64,000 bases of DNA from Yuukianura sp. NJ FZ-2021 (taxonomy: Eukaryota): NCBI GenBank assembly GCA_046563655.1, contig CM102288.1:4154001-4218000 (forward strand), given 5' to 3'. Both the position numbers and the translations under genes were made by a program. Of the stretch, positions 1 through 12,697 are shown piece by piece; the stretch's first letter is position 1; each line of letters begins with the position of its first letter. The notes beneath the pieces are model-generated. The model was given only the letters and a program-made list of their open reading frames with translations. It was not told where the DNA came from and did not search any database.

Positions 1-216
1 ATGGCCAAATTCGATAAAGTGAGCTCTCGACGGATAAGATAATTCCAGCGTTATCGCCTACTACGGCGAGAATACAAATAAAAAATGGTAAACACAAAAA
101 GGAAACAAAATCTTTACGTTTTTTTTTGTATAAAACTGTAGTAGAGCATGCGTCAACTTTGAACTCGTGACTTGGTTTGAATATCCCCAACCCGCCAAAT
201 GTCAATTCTGGTTGGA

Positions 217-442
217 GTAAGGTCTCACGAGAGTCATTGTAGTCGTACAATGTAGCCACTTCTGTGGCTGCAATGGGTGGCTTAACTAGCGGCTACTTAT
301 GTTGCCACTTTAGGTTAGGTTTTTAATGTGAAGTGGCTACAAATATTGGTACTAGCAGCCGCCTACTACTGTAATTGACACAAGGTGACCGGAGTGGCTG
401 CACACTGCGGCAGCGGCTACAAAGATGCTCGTTAATCCTTAC
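217..442. mobile_element. MITE-like palindromic element, copy 1
   Basis: Imperfect terminal inverted repeats (GTAAGGTCTCACGAGAGTCATTGTAG ... CTACAAAGATGCTCGTTAATCCTTAC) and internal TGTAGCC/GGCTACA repeats. Related copies at 59525-59760 (inverted) and 56997-57093 (partial). No clear target-site duplication. Confidence 0.6.
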
Positions 443-556
443 CTCAACTCAATTTTTTGTTTACAGTTAATAAATTTAACCCAACCTAATTTAATTAGCA
501 TTAATCGATTACTTTGTAATTGGTAGTTCCGTTCCGGTGGCTGACTGTGGCGAACG

Positions 557-1798
557 ATGACTGCTGTATCCGTATTTTCAACTTCAAGGTCGTTTTCCTT
601 TGCAGCGAACAATTTTCTGTCACGTTCGTTTCCTTCTGCTTCCCGTTCCAGTGCATCCACCTTATTTCTACTTCGGAGGAGGAATTACTGCGGCATTCAT
701 TACACAAGCACCAGCATTGTTCCAGCAGTTAATCGTAGACAGCAGATACCTAATTCCGTAAGCTCAAACTTGTCACAAAATCCGCAATTTCTGAATTACT
801 GCTGTCTAATGTCATTACGTTGATTATTGCAGATCTCGTGGAGATTCCAAAGTACACAATCCAATAAAACTCCAGGCCAAGAGGGAGAAAAGGTCGTTGA
901 GAAGCCTCTTCTCAGGTCAAACAAGAAACCAGTTCCAGACAGTCCACTTTCATGGAAAAGTGTACTTATTGCCATTGGTTGTGGTGCAATCATGACTGGT
1001 TTCTTCTACTACATCAAGAAGGAAAAAGATCAGAGTACATGAGACGCTTTACTGCAATTACGTAACGTAAACGTTCAACATGAATTTGTTTGTTTTTAGA
1101 ACTTATGATCGAGAGGAAGCGAGCTCTTGGAAAAGCTTCTTTGGGAGGCCGCTTCGACCTGGTGAATCACGATGGAAAGGCCGTGAAAAGTGAAGATTTC
1201 TTGGGGAAATGGGTGTTGATTTATTTTGGATTTACGCACTGCCCTGACGTCTGTCCAGAAGAACTGGAGAAATTGGCCAAAGTTACCAAACTTATAGGTA
1301 TGGAACGATATAATGTTAAGAATCATCGAACGTTTCTCAAGTTTGAGTTTAACTTTTTCATCTGTAGACGAAGACAGTGCAAAGCATATGGAAGTCCAAC
1401 CACTCTTCATCACTGTTGACCCTGCCAGGGACTCGATGGCTGCCATCAAAAAATACCTTTCAGAATTTTCAGATCGATTCATGGGCCTGACTGGAACGAC
1501 AGAACAGATTGCCAAAGCATGTAAAGCCTACAGAGTATACTTCAGCGCTGGACCCAGAGATGATGACGATGATTACATAGTAAATCTAAAAAAAAATCTA
1601 CTTTTTCTTGTACTTTGGAGCTAATTTTTACTAACTTTCTTGTGTCATTAGGTGGATCATACGATTATCATTTACTTAGTCAATCCGGATGGAGAATTTG
1701 TAGACTACTTTGGACAAACGAAGACAGCAGAAGACATTTACAATGCCATGCTTCTCTCTGCAGCAAAATACAAGGCACTCAAAAGCAAATGGTTTTAG
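557..1798 (+). CDS. SCO1: SCO1/SCO2 mitochondrial copper chaperone for cytochrome c oxidase assembly (5 exons: 557-757, 833-1034, 1100-1297, 1368-1579, 1652-1798)
   Basis: Ser/Arg-rich transit peptide, one TM segment, [12 protein letters not shown] (CxxxC), FITVDP, DYIVDHT (conserved His). GT-AG introns keep frame. Confidence 0.95.
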
Positions 1799-1950
1799 TA
1801 AGCAGTTATCTCAATTAATTATCCAATTCTCAGAAATCGTCGATTCATAAAGGCAATTCTTAATTAAAGATTTGTTAGTGATTTGCATTCCTAATTAGTG
1901 TTAACTTTCTAAAGCGGATTGCTTGATCTTTGGAAATGTACTTCCCGATT

Positions 1951-2112
1951 TGACCTTTGACGTTGCGTGAGGCGTGACCTTGACTGGTGAAGGAAGGTCA
2001 GTTGGAGCGTGATTGTGGTTGAGGTAAGGAGAAGGACGCCTCGTGGTTTGGCGGTTCCATTTAGCCAGAGTGTCCGTGTCTCATGTGGATTTGAGTGGAG
2101 TGACGTCACGTG
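1951..2112. promoter_or_regulatory. Putative citrate synthase promoter module: nuclear-receptor half-sites/ERRE, CRE and E-box
   Basis: TGACCTTTGACG at 1951, TGACCTTGA (reverse TCAAGGTCA) at 1975, TGACGTCA at 2101-2108 overlapping CACGTG at 2107-2112. Lies between the SCO1 3' end and CS. Function is inferred. Confidence 0.45.
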
Positions 2113-2836
2113 TGAACCGGCATAATTCCACTTTCCATTCCACTTCTCCGTGCCACTTTCGCCTGCTCAGTTCCATTCTCCTAACAGATTTTTCATACTT
2201 GGTTCACTTTTTTTCAATCAGTGACTCGAGTGTTCCTTCTGTGTGTCAGACGACAAGGAGATCCAGAAGCCAGTAGACTTTGTACTCCACTCTTTCTTCG
2301 GGTAACAACCGAATTCCAAATTCCTATTTTTAAAATTTTTGGTTCTCGGTTTTTGGTAGTCGTTCAACGTCCAAGTCCAACCACACCTCATTCGATTTGG
2401 TTCGGAAATCTGGCGGATCGGATTCCATACGGATTCCGTCATTCGTCAGTTATCAATTGACTAACTAAATTTATTGGTTTGTCAAAGTAGGCGATTAACG
2501 TGGTAGGTTTTGATAAGGAGTAGGACTTATTTCGAAGGAGACTGGATCAGCTGTCAAGTTGGTCCAATACTAGCTAGAGCTGGAAGAGTAGTTGGACAAG
2601 CTAAATTTTCTAAATTGAATTAGTAATTAGTATCTTTGGAGGAGTTATGAAGGATTGTTGGTGGTGTGGGTATCCAAGTATTCTGTGTTAATCATATGGT
2701 CTTATTCGTGGTCGTGTTTCAGCTGTACCCATCTGACACTCTCATCTCCAGTAATAGTGACGACGACGAACCGTGGTGGACATCAGCGGAAGACTTTGAA
2801 TTACCTGTGCTGTACGGATTCCTGTTTGTGGTGTAC

Positions 2837-5062
2837 ATGATGATTCTGTTCCGGACACTTGCTTCCAAGACTCCAGTCGTCTCCCAAACCCAGGTAATTA
2901 AAAGTTAAAAGTTAAACGCTAAAAGTTAAATCCTTACATTTCAGTAAGTTCAATGTCAATCACTTTCATTGCACACTGTTTTAAAGTGTTATATTCAGCT
3001 CAGCTCTGCCCTGCATTTGCCTTTCCTGTCATTCCCCAATCTCCAGCAACAGATGAAATCAAGGTCATGGTCATGGATGGTAGGCTTGGAATTCCACAAT
3101 GTCACAAACTTGTTTTTTCACACGCATTTCAAGTCCATGACCACTGATAAGTAGTGATAAAGAGTTGGACTTTAGATTATCCTATTCTGCAATATTGATA
3201 GATGTAACAAGTACATTTGTTGCTACTGATGTGATAATTAGATAATTAACATAGTGTTCTTGACCTTTGTAGAAACTGACCCCTCTTGCTAACGTCTTTG
3301 TTCGAAATGAGAGCACAAACCTCAAGGAAGTTCTGGCCCAACGAATTCCAATTGAACAAGAGAATATCAAGAACTTCCGCAAGGAGCATGGCAACACGAA
3401 GATCGGAGAAGTCACTGTCGACATGGTCAGCTTAACTTTACATTAATTAAGCTAAGATTTGAACTCAAATTGATTTGGACTTGGGAATGTCATAGGCGTA
3501 CGGTGGAATGCGAGGGATCAAAGGACTGGTCTGTGAGACTTCCGTTCTGGATGCGGACGAAGGAATCAGATTCCGTGGCTACACAATTCCAGAATGTCAA
3601 AAGCTTCTGCCCAAAGCTCCCGGTGGAAAGGAACCACTTCCGGAAGGACTCTTTTGGTTGCTGGCAACTGGAGATATTCCCACAGAAGCACAAGTAAGTT
3701 CAAAGTTAACTTTAACCTTGGTTTAAAAGTTAAAAGTTTTAACCTTAATTGATTTGTATAGGTGAAAGCTATTTCTAACGAATGGGCCTCTCGAGCTGAC
3801 CTTCCAGCCCACGTAGTGACGATGCTAAACAACTTTCCATCCAACTTGCATCCAATGTCCCAATTCAGTGCAGCCATCACAGCACTCAACAGTGAGAGTA
3901 AGTTTGCCAAATCTTACTCCGAGGGAATCCACAAGAGCAAGTACTGGGAAGATACTTACGAGGATGCGATGGACTTGATCGCCAAACTTCCTCCAGTGGC
4001 TGCCACCATCTACAGAAACTTGTATCGAGATGGGAGTGCCATTGGAGCCATTCAACCAAACAAGGACTGGAGTGCAAACTTCTGCTCCATGCTCGGATAT
4101 AACGACGCCCAGTTTCTGGAGTTGATGAGACTCTACCTCACGATTCACAGGTCTGTTAACTTAATTATTAGTTGCATTTGGAAAAGTTATTTACGATTAA
4201 TCTTCTTTTAGTGATCACGAGGGTGGAAACGTGAGTGCCCATGCAACACATCTCGTTGGTTCTGCTCTGGCTGATCCATATCTCAGCTTTGCTGCTGGAA
4301 TGAACGGCTTGGCTGGTCCTCTTCACGGTCTCGCTAACCAAGAAGTAACTATTAACTTAATTTAACTTTTAACTTTAACTAATTTAACTTTTAACTTAAT
4401 TGATGTTATTATTTGTAGGTATTAATGTTCTTGACGAAAGTAGCCAAAGAAATTGGATTGAATGCTACGGAGGATCAGTTGAAGGAATTTATTTGGAAGC
4501 AACTCAAATCAGGTCAAGTTGTACCTGGCTACGGACATGCTGTTCTGCGCAAGACAGATCCGCGCTACACTTGCCAACGTGAATTTGCTCTCAAACATCT
4601 TCCAAATGACCCAATGTTCAAGGTCAGCTCAGTCAATTTCTAATTTCTTCAACTATTTGGTGCCATGAAGTTCTAAAATTCTAATTCTTATGTTTTTCTT
4701 ATTGATTTGCAGTTGGTATCGACGATTTACAAGGTTGTTCCACCAATTTTGACGGAGACTGGGAAAGTGAAGAACCCATGGCCTAATGTTGACGCTCACT
4801 CTGGAGTACTGCTGCAAGTAAGTCAATAAACATCAAACACTTTGAGTTTGGAAAATTATGATGTTCCAAATTGCTGACTTGATGTTTTTCATTTTAGTAC
4901 TATGGAATGAAGGAGATGAACTACTACACTGTATTATTTGGCGTGTCAAGAGCCCTGGGTGTGATGGCTTCTTTGATTTGGGATCGAGCTCTTGGTCTGC
5001 CACTTGAACGACCAAAGTCCATGTCCACCAAGGGACTCATGAAGCTCGTTGGAAAGCAATAA
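2837..5062 (+). CDS. CS: Mitochondrial citrate synthase (8 exons: 2837-2893, 3273-3425, 3496-3693, 3762-4150, 4212-4344, 4419-4622, 4713-4817, 4898-5062; possible upstream in-frame ATG at 2696)
   Basis: [67 protein letters not shown]. All introns GT-AG and frame-preserving. Confidence 0.97.
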
Positions 5063-8000
5063 CTCTAACTACTAAACCAAACACCAGTAAAAGTCCAAAC
5101 AATTATCATCGCATAATCCATCATCTTTTCAGTAGGAATTGGAAATTCCAATTTGGAATGTAAAACTCGTAGTCTCTAAATTGTGTCTACAGTTAATTCT
5201 ACCTCTCTAAATATCAGCTAAATCCATTAATTACTAATCAGGCAACATTTGATAAAGAGGACTCTATGGAATCTAGTTGGTAGTAAGAGGTCATAAGGTC
5301 ATGCCGCTCAAAAACAGTCTAATTACTCTTGTTTTTCTTGAAACGACTTCATTTTTGATCTGTCTTCTGGAAGGTCACTGGTTAAAACAGTGCGACAGAC
5401 TCCACTGCATCATAAATTCTCCAGTTCAAGGTTTCTTTACTTCAATGTTAGAATTTAAGTTGATCTTGAGCCCTTTGGATGACACGATGACATACACGTC
5501 AATTGCGAAATTTTTAATTACAAAGAAGTTAGGTGTTAATTACCAAAGAAATAATTAGAAAAGTATTAGATGGAATTTAGACACTACGGGATAAAATGTG
5601 TTGGAAATTGTTTTAATAAAATTCAGGAAGTTTTCCCAACATTTTGCAAACCTTTAAGTTTTCCTTGTGATACTTATAGCACAGGCAGTTGGAAAAAAAA
5701 ATTGCAAGCATTGCCAATTTTGTGAATTGCAAACTTCCGTTCTTTTGACGTCCTTGCAGTTTATTGAACAAAAAGTTTAATGGAAACGACCTTCATTTTA
5801 AGTTGCGAATTGCAAAGGACAGCGACGCAAATGAGGCGTCATCGGGGGTAAAGTTTGCAAATTTTGTGCAAAAACTGTTTAAGTGAAGTGTGGTTAATTG
5901 AATGCACTTGAGGTGTTAATCAATTAATCTACGTGGGAGGTGATAAGGCGGAAGTTGGTTTGGATTCTTTTGATGTAGAAATTGGTTTCAAAGTGCATTG
6001 TGTTGCCAATTGAACAAATTGCAATTTGCCAATCTGTCAAGTCCTGCTTCATGCTCTGCTGCTTACTTTGTAGCCTTGGGCCTAATAATCAATCGACTGA
6101 ATCACAACAATACAATTTATATTGTTAAAGTACAACTACAAAGAGAAATTTTGAAATCAACATTTTCAAAAAGTTTGTTATTTTTGGCAAATTGTTTTTG
6201 ACTCAAAATTTTGCAGATTAGGCACGTTTCCTTTCAAGAACTTTCTATTTCAATTTTGCGATTTTCAATGCGAATTTGCAAAAATGTGAATCAAAATCTT
6301 TCGTGAGATGCTCAACCTTCAATTTTTGCACAAAGACTTTTTCTCACGTCGCTCTTTTAAGTGTTTAACGCACGAAGAAATCTGGCGTACTGGGATTACC
6401 ACAAAATTCGCAAAGTTTTTGCGAATTCGATTTTTTTAAATTGCAGTTACGAAATGGGACTTTCCTCGTTTTTATTAAATAAAATTATAACAACCATGTG
6501 ATTAGAATTCTAAAGATTCGCAAAAACCCTCAAGACAAAAAGAAAGTTAATTACAGTTATTGCAAAAATTTTTCGCAACCCGTAGTTAATTAATCAAAAT
6601 GCTGCTAACCAATTGACCTAACAAATCCCATTAGAAGATTGCAAGCGGTGCGGTTTACACTTTTTAGTTTGCTACTTACAAGCAGAAGCATGTTTGTCCG
6701 AGTGGACTTTTTATCATCAACAGTTTAATTTTAACTTTTATGACAAATTAAATTACACAAAACTTTTTGCAAACTTTTTTTTGCATGGTTTGACAGGAGA
6801 AGAAGGCGTGTTTATGGTGACGCAATGTTCGCGTGGTCGTTGCTGGATGAGTCCAGATAATCGATACGAAGGTTTTCGCAAGGGCTTTTGGCACTTGCCG
6901 TTTTAGCGTGACATGCCAAGTGTCATCGTCATGTTATGGTTCGCACAACGTCGGTGCGGAAGGCATGTCCTCCTAATGATTTTTTACTAACGGTGACCTT
7001 GTTCCCTTTTGTATAACATTTGCAATTTGAAATTGGCAAGAATTTGCAACTTGCGAATTCAGACTAAAGACTGAAGTGATATTTAGAAGTTAGTAAAGGA
7101 AATGACATGCTCCTTGGTTGTGGTTATGCCAACAACCGTCAATCTGGTTCTGGACTCTCTCCCAACCATAGCACTTACCTTAGTCCACCACCACAATATA
7201 CCCATCCTGTCAGTCGCCTTCGTCATGTCACTCTCCATCTAGACTCAATTAAGTGTACACACGTCTCTCTGCATTTAAAGTGGGCACTTGTCATCAAGGA
7301 CTGCTGAGGTGGATCTTCTTTCTGGACAATCGTATTGTTGTCGTTTCGTCACCTTTTAAGTGTCGCTGTCCTAATTTGCTTGGTCATTGTTCGTCACGAA
7401 TCGGACACGCTCCAGGAACACAGTCCAGAATCAGGTGACGATACAGTGACAATGAAAATGTTATAAACTCTCAGCATGTTGTAACTAATTGATCAATTAT
7501 CATCACCTTTTTCCTATAGGTGCAAACGTCATTGTGCTGTCACTACCAAGTTGGGAGGAACTGATAATCAGGATACAAGATAGGGACAACTTGCTCAACT
7601 ACCGGGACACTCCCGAATCCTGTCTCAGTCACTCAGTTGACACGTCCAGAGGAACAGTCTCCAGATCCCTTCCAAGTACATCCTGAAAATCACAGCAATC
7701 CAGACACCATGACAGAAAAGTAAGTCCAGTAATCTGTTGGTTTTATTGTAGCAATGATAAGCAACTTTTAACTGGAAACGGACCTCTGGAGAGTTCAATG
7801 ACATTAGTCTGGGGCGGTATCCAATCACTTTGACCTTGGCCGTAGGACGACGCCAAAGTTTATCTGTCATCTCTATTGTTCCGACTGACGCAAAGCAGCA
7901 AGAAACTGGATTCCCCAATTCAAAACAAGCATGATGATCCTTAGGAAAATTTTGGGAAAATTACTGGTGGGTAATCAGCACTTGGTCCACTTAACAAAAC

Positions 8001-8555
8001 AACAACAATTTGGAACATCCATCGTCATATCTCGGTCATGTCAACAACAACAATGGCTTCAGCGTCAGAGGTAAAAAAAAACAGGAGTGGACAGGTACTG
8101 CTGTCGTCAGCACAGTTCCCAGAAGAGTTCACGCAATTTGTGCAACCCCTGAAAATCTCTTTTCTTGGGAAGAGGGTTAATTGACGTCGGTGGGTTAATT
8201 GGCCAAGTGAAAGTGGACGAAGGAGTTTGTGCGAATCCATCGTCATCGTCCCGCCCATTAATCGTCGTTTATGTGCCGGAAACTAACTTCAGTCAGACAC
8301 AAAAACAGTTTTTTAAGAGTCATGTTGCAAAGAAGATTGGGAAATAACCGGAGATTCAATTCTCACATGACATCATCTAAATGGACCAAACCAGTACTTT
8401 AACAGTACTCTGGCAGTACCGTCGACCTACATCCCTATTTCCCAATTCTCAACTTACCCCAATGATGAATACTTGGAATTTTTATTATGAATGGATGAAA
8501 ATATCAAGTTTACGAACAGTTTTAATTGCTTTGTTTATTTGTTTTAATTTTGTAG

Positions 8556-10425
8556 AGCGGATATTGCCCTGATTGGGTTGGCCGTGATGGGTCAAAATTT
8601 GATTCTGAACATGGATGACCACGGTTTCACGGTGTGTGCTTACAACAGAACGACAGAGAAGGTTGACCACTTCCTTGCAAATGAAGCCAAGGGAACAAAG
8701 GTCATTGGTGCTCACTCTCTCAAAGAAATGGTCAGTTTACTCAAGAAGCCACGTCGTGTCATGATGCTTGTCAAAGGTAATGTCACAAAGTGCACTGCTC
8801 CACGTCCACCAATTGTTCAACTCCACTTTGTAGCTCAAAAGTTGAAGTAATTGATAAGATAAAGTGACATTGGACTTGTGTTTCAGCTGGAAAAGCAGTG
8901 GATGACTTTATTGACCAACTCGTGCCGCTCCTGGAGCCTGGAGATATCATTATTGACGGAGGGAACTCCGAGTACCAGGACACTCGACGAAGAAACCGAA
9001 GTCTCAAAGAGAAGAACCTCCTGTTTGTGGGCTCTGGAGTTTCTGGAGGCGAAGAAGGGGCGAGACATGGGCCGTCACTTATGCCTGGAGGCAATCCAGC
9101 CGCTTGGCCACACATCAAAGACATTTTTCAGGTATTTTCTACTTTTTGTTGTAATTAAGGAGTTGAACTGCCTCCAGCAACAGATGAACTTTGAATTGGT
9201 TTTTGTTACAGGCAATCTCAGCCAAGGTTGATGGAGAGCCATGCTGTGACTGGGTGGGAGAATCCGGTTCTGGACACTTTGTCAAAATGGTACACAATGG
9301 AATTGAGTACGGAGACATGCAACTCATCTGTGAAGCTTACCATTTAATGAAGGATGCAGTGGGATTGAACAATCAGGAAATGAGTGATGTGAGAAAATTC
9401 CGTGCCGATTTTTCAAAATTTCGAAACTCCAGGAACTTTTGATGTAAACTTTTTTTGAAATTGTTTTCAGATTTTGAATGAATGGAACAAAGGTGTGCTG
9501 GACTCGTTCCTGATTGAAATCACAAGCAATATTCTCAAATTCAAGGATGAGGATGGAGAGTACTTGGTTGAAAAGATCAGGGACTGTGCTGGACAAAAGG
9601 GGACTGGAAAGTGGACTGCCATTTCGTCTCTGGACTACGGTGTTCCAGTCACACTCATTGGAGAATCTGTATTCGCTCGGTGCTTGTCCGCTCTCCAGGA
9701 AGAGCGTGAAGAGGCATCCAAGGTTCTTGCAGGGCCACCGAAAACTAAAATTGATCCGGCCGAGGCCAAGGAGTTCATTGGACACATCGAAAAAGTAATT
9801 TCAAAATTGAATAATTTCAATCTTTAAGAATTTTCGAAATCTAATTTTGTTTTTGTACTTTAGGCTCTGTACGCTTCCAAAATCGTTTCTTATGCCCAAG
9901 GGTTTATGCTTCTGCGTGAAGCTGCTTCTCTGTACAACTGGAACTTGAACTACGGTGGAATTGCTTTGATGTGGAGAGGTGGTTGTATTATCCGAAGTCA
10001 GTTTCTGGCTAACATCAAGTCCGCTTTCGAGAAGGATCCAGACTTGACCAACCTCCTTCTGGACGACTTTTTCCGAAAGGCAATGGCAGATTGTCAAGTG
10101 TCATGGCGAAAAGTTGTAAGCAAATCCGTTGAACTGGGAATTCCAACTCCATGTTTCGGAACTGTAAGTAAAAACAAAACTTACGTCGGTTGTGACATTT
10201 AGCAGAAAAAAATTGCAAGTTTTTGAAATGTTTGTTTTGAATTGGCAGGCACTTGCTTTTTACGATGGATTTCGATCGGCTCGACTGCCTGCCAATCTCA
10301 TTCAAGCACAACGTGACTACTTTGGAGCCCACACTTATGACCTCCTCACAGCTCCAGGAGTTTTTGTCCACACGAACTGGACAGGTCATGGTGGAAGTGT
10401 TTCATCTACTAGCTACGAAGTTTAG
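8556..10425 (+). CDS. PGD: 6-phosphogluconate dehydrogenase, decarboxylating (short first coding exon not resolved; candidate ATGs at 8038 or 8491)
   Basis: [81 protein letters not shown]. Confidence 0.96.
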
Positions 10426-10733
10426 AACAACAAAACAAAGAAAAACGGAAAAACAAAAACAAGATGGTCCTCAAATTTACCTGCTAGCGCGCCAATATTT
10501 AGAGTTTACTACAATTAAGTGATATTCTTAACCCTACATCTATGAAAAAGATATTAAACACCCAGATTTTAAACTATCAAGCACAAAATGTGATTTACTT
10601 TTTTAAAAAGTTATAAAATGCACCAATAGAAAACTCAACCACCGCCAGTATTCCCACTTGAGTATTTTTATAAGTATTTTTTGGTCCTTGTGTTGTTCGT
10701 TGAGCAGAACGTTTTGTTTTCGACAATCAAAAA

Positions 10734-12168
10734 TCATAAATCAGTTCGCTCAGATTGAGAACCGATGCCTCCTGTAATACAAAAAAGGGAACTCTAACTT
10801 CGTTTTTCAGCACTTTTCCTAAAAGTTGTCTTTATAAAAATGTAGTTGACCTTTGTGAGCAGCAATGTCGTCAATGAATCTGAGGAATTCTCCTTTTCGG
10901 TCTCTGGGCAAAACGTACTTGGTCAACTGATGAACCACATCGTCCCTCTCAGATTCATAAGTGAAGAATCCATCTTTGTAGAAGGCGACAGTTTCCTAGT
11001 TTCAAAAAATGTCATAATATGAACATCAAAAGTCACAAAATTATGGAAATTGCAGTTTTTGGTTATCCTGTACCCGAATTGCATCGCTGAATGCTGTAGG
11101 GACGAATCCAGTACTCTTGATCTTGGACACGTTGACTCCTCCCCGTGTCACGGATGGAAACAAACTAAAACTTTCAGCAGCAGTGAAAGTATAGTCCACA
11201 GTTTGTCCCACCTCGGCTGCCAGTGCCTTCAAAAATTCGTGTAATGTGAAAGTCTGTTCAAATCCGATATTGAAAACGTCGTCTTTGATGCCTTGGTCAA
11301 TTAGGAACAACATGGCCCTGGCAACGTCCTTGACATAGACAAAAGACGTCTGGAGTTGTTGAAGATGTGTTGGAATGAAGATGGGTACTTTGATGAATTC
11401 GTAGAACTGGATCCACATGATGTAAGTCCAAATCCTCTCTGTCGTGTCTCTTGGACCAATGACATCTGGAAGACGGACGATTAAGTATGGACAGCCTCCA
11501 CTGGCTCGATTATTCACAAGAACCTAAGACAAGGTCAATTGTCAATTACACTTTTCAATTAACCGAACCTTGACAGACTTCACCTCTTCACCTTCCAGTT
11601 TCTCGTGACCATACTCGTCAAGGTCGTTTAGCCTTTCACGTTCTTCGTCTGATTGAGGTCTGACAGCATCTTCTTCCCTGCTGAGCCCATTGTTGACCTC
11701 CCGTCTGTTTTGACAGACTTCGTATACTGAGTCTGAACTGACATAGACGTACAACTCTGTCTTGTTGTTCAGAATCTCCAGTGCTGCTTCCAGAACTTCC
11801 GGTTTGTAGGCGCTGAAGTCAAAAACGATCTTGAACGTATTTTGAGCGACGATGTTCATTAAATCTTCGCAGTATTCCAAGTCTGAATTTTCTCTATCAC
11901 AGATAACGTGGTTGACGAATGGTTTGATGCGCGTCTCGGCATCGAAGTACCAATTTCCTCTAGAGACGATCGTAATGTTCCACCTCCCGGATTGAATTAG
12001 GCTGTTCACAAGTTCAGACCCAATGAATCCGTTCCCACCAAACACCAGCACATGACCTTTGACCCCGGGGCTTTTGTCATCCTTAGCTGCCATTCCTAAA
12101 ACAAGAGATACGAAGATTACTAACCAAAATGAGGCTGTCAATTCGAAGATTGAACTAAAAGATGCCAT
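10734..12168 (-). CDS. Atypical NAD(P)-dependent epimerase/dehydratase (SDR fold) with signal peptide and C-terminal RTDL (4 exons)
   Basis: Hydrophobic N-terminus, VLVFGGNGFIG, YVYVSSDSVY, YGHEK (YxxxK), IVRLPDVIGPRD. The last two exons read ETVAFYKDG...IAAHK|GGIGSQSERTDL*. Confidence 0.85.
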
Positions 12169-12697
12169 TTTCAGTTTCAGTTTCTGAATGCTGGGCTGGA
12201 GTGCGATTGAATAGGATACTGTTCAACAAGTATTTCGGAAGTTGTCAATTGATTAACGACTGGAACAGTGTAAACAAAAGACACTTACTTGCGTCTGTTG
12301 AATGTTTTGGTCAGGAGATGAGCTGTCAGATGATCTGTGGGAGAATCTTGGTTGAGAAGAGATGAGGCAGGCGGTAGTTTAAATGAATTCATTTGCGGCT
12401 TCGAAGAAAACCAAAAACAGAAAACAAGCGCATCGCTCCCTACGTTTCGTCAGTCTACTAATAGGAATTCAGCGTGCGAGACACGCTGCGACACCAGTGC
12501 CACTGGTCATACGCCAGAACACGGCACTTTGACCCCTGACCTCTCCACCAACTGACGACTTACTACAGGGTAGGTGGTCGTTCAGTCTACTCTTAAATTC
12601 TAAATACCATTTAAGATCTAAATCTTAAGCGGTGTTTGGAAAATGTTGGGATAAAAACGTTTTTATTTCAGAACTTTTAAATCGCTTTGAAATCAAA

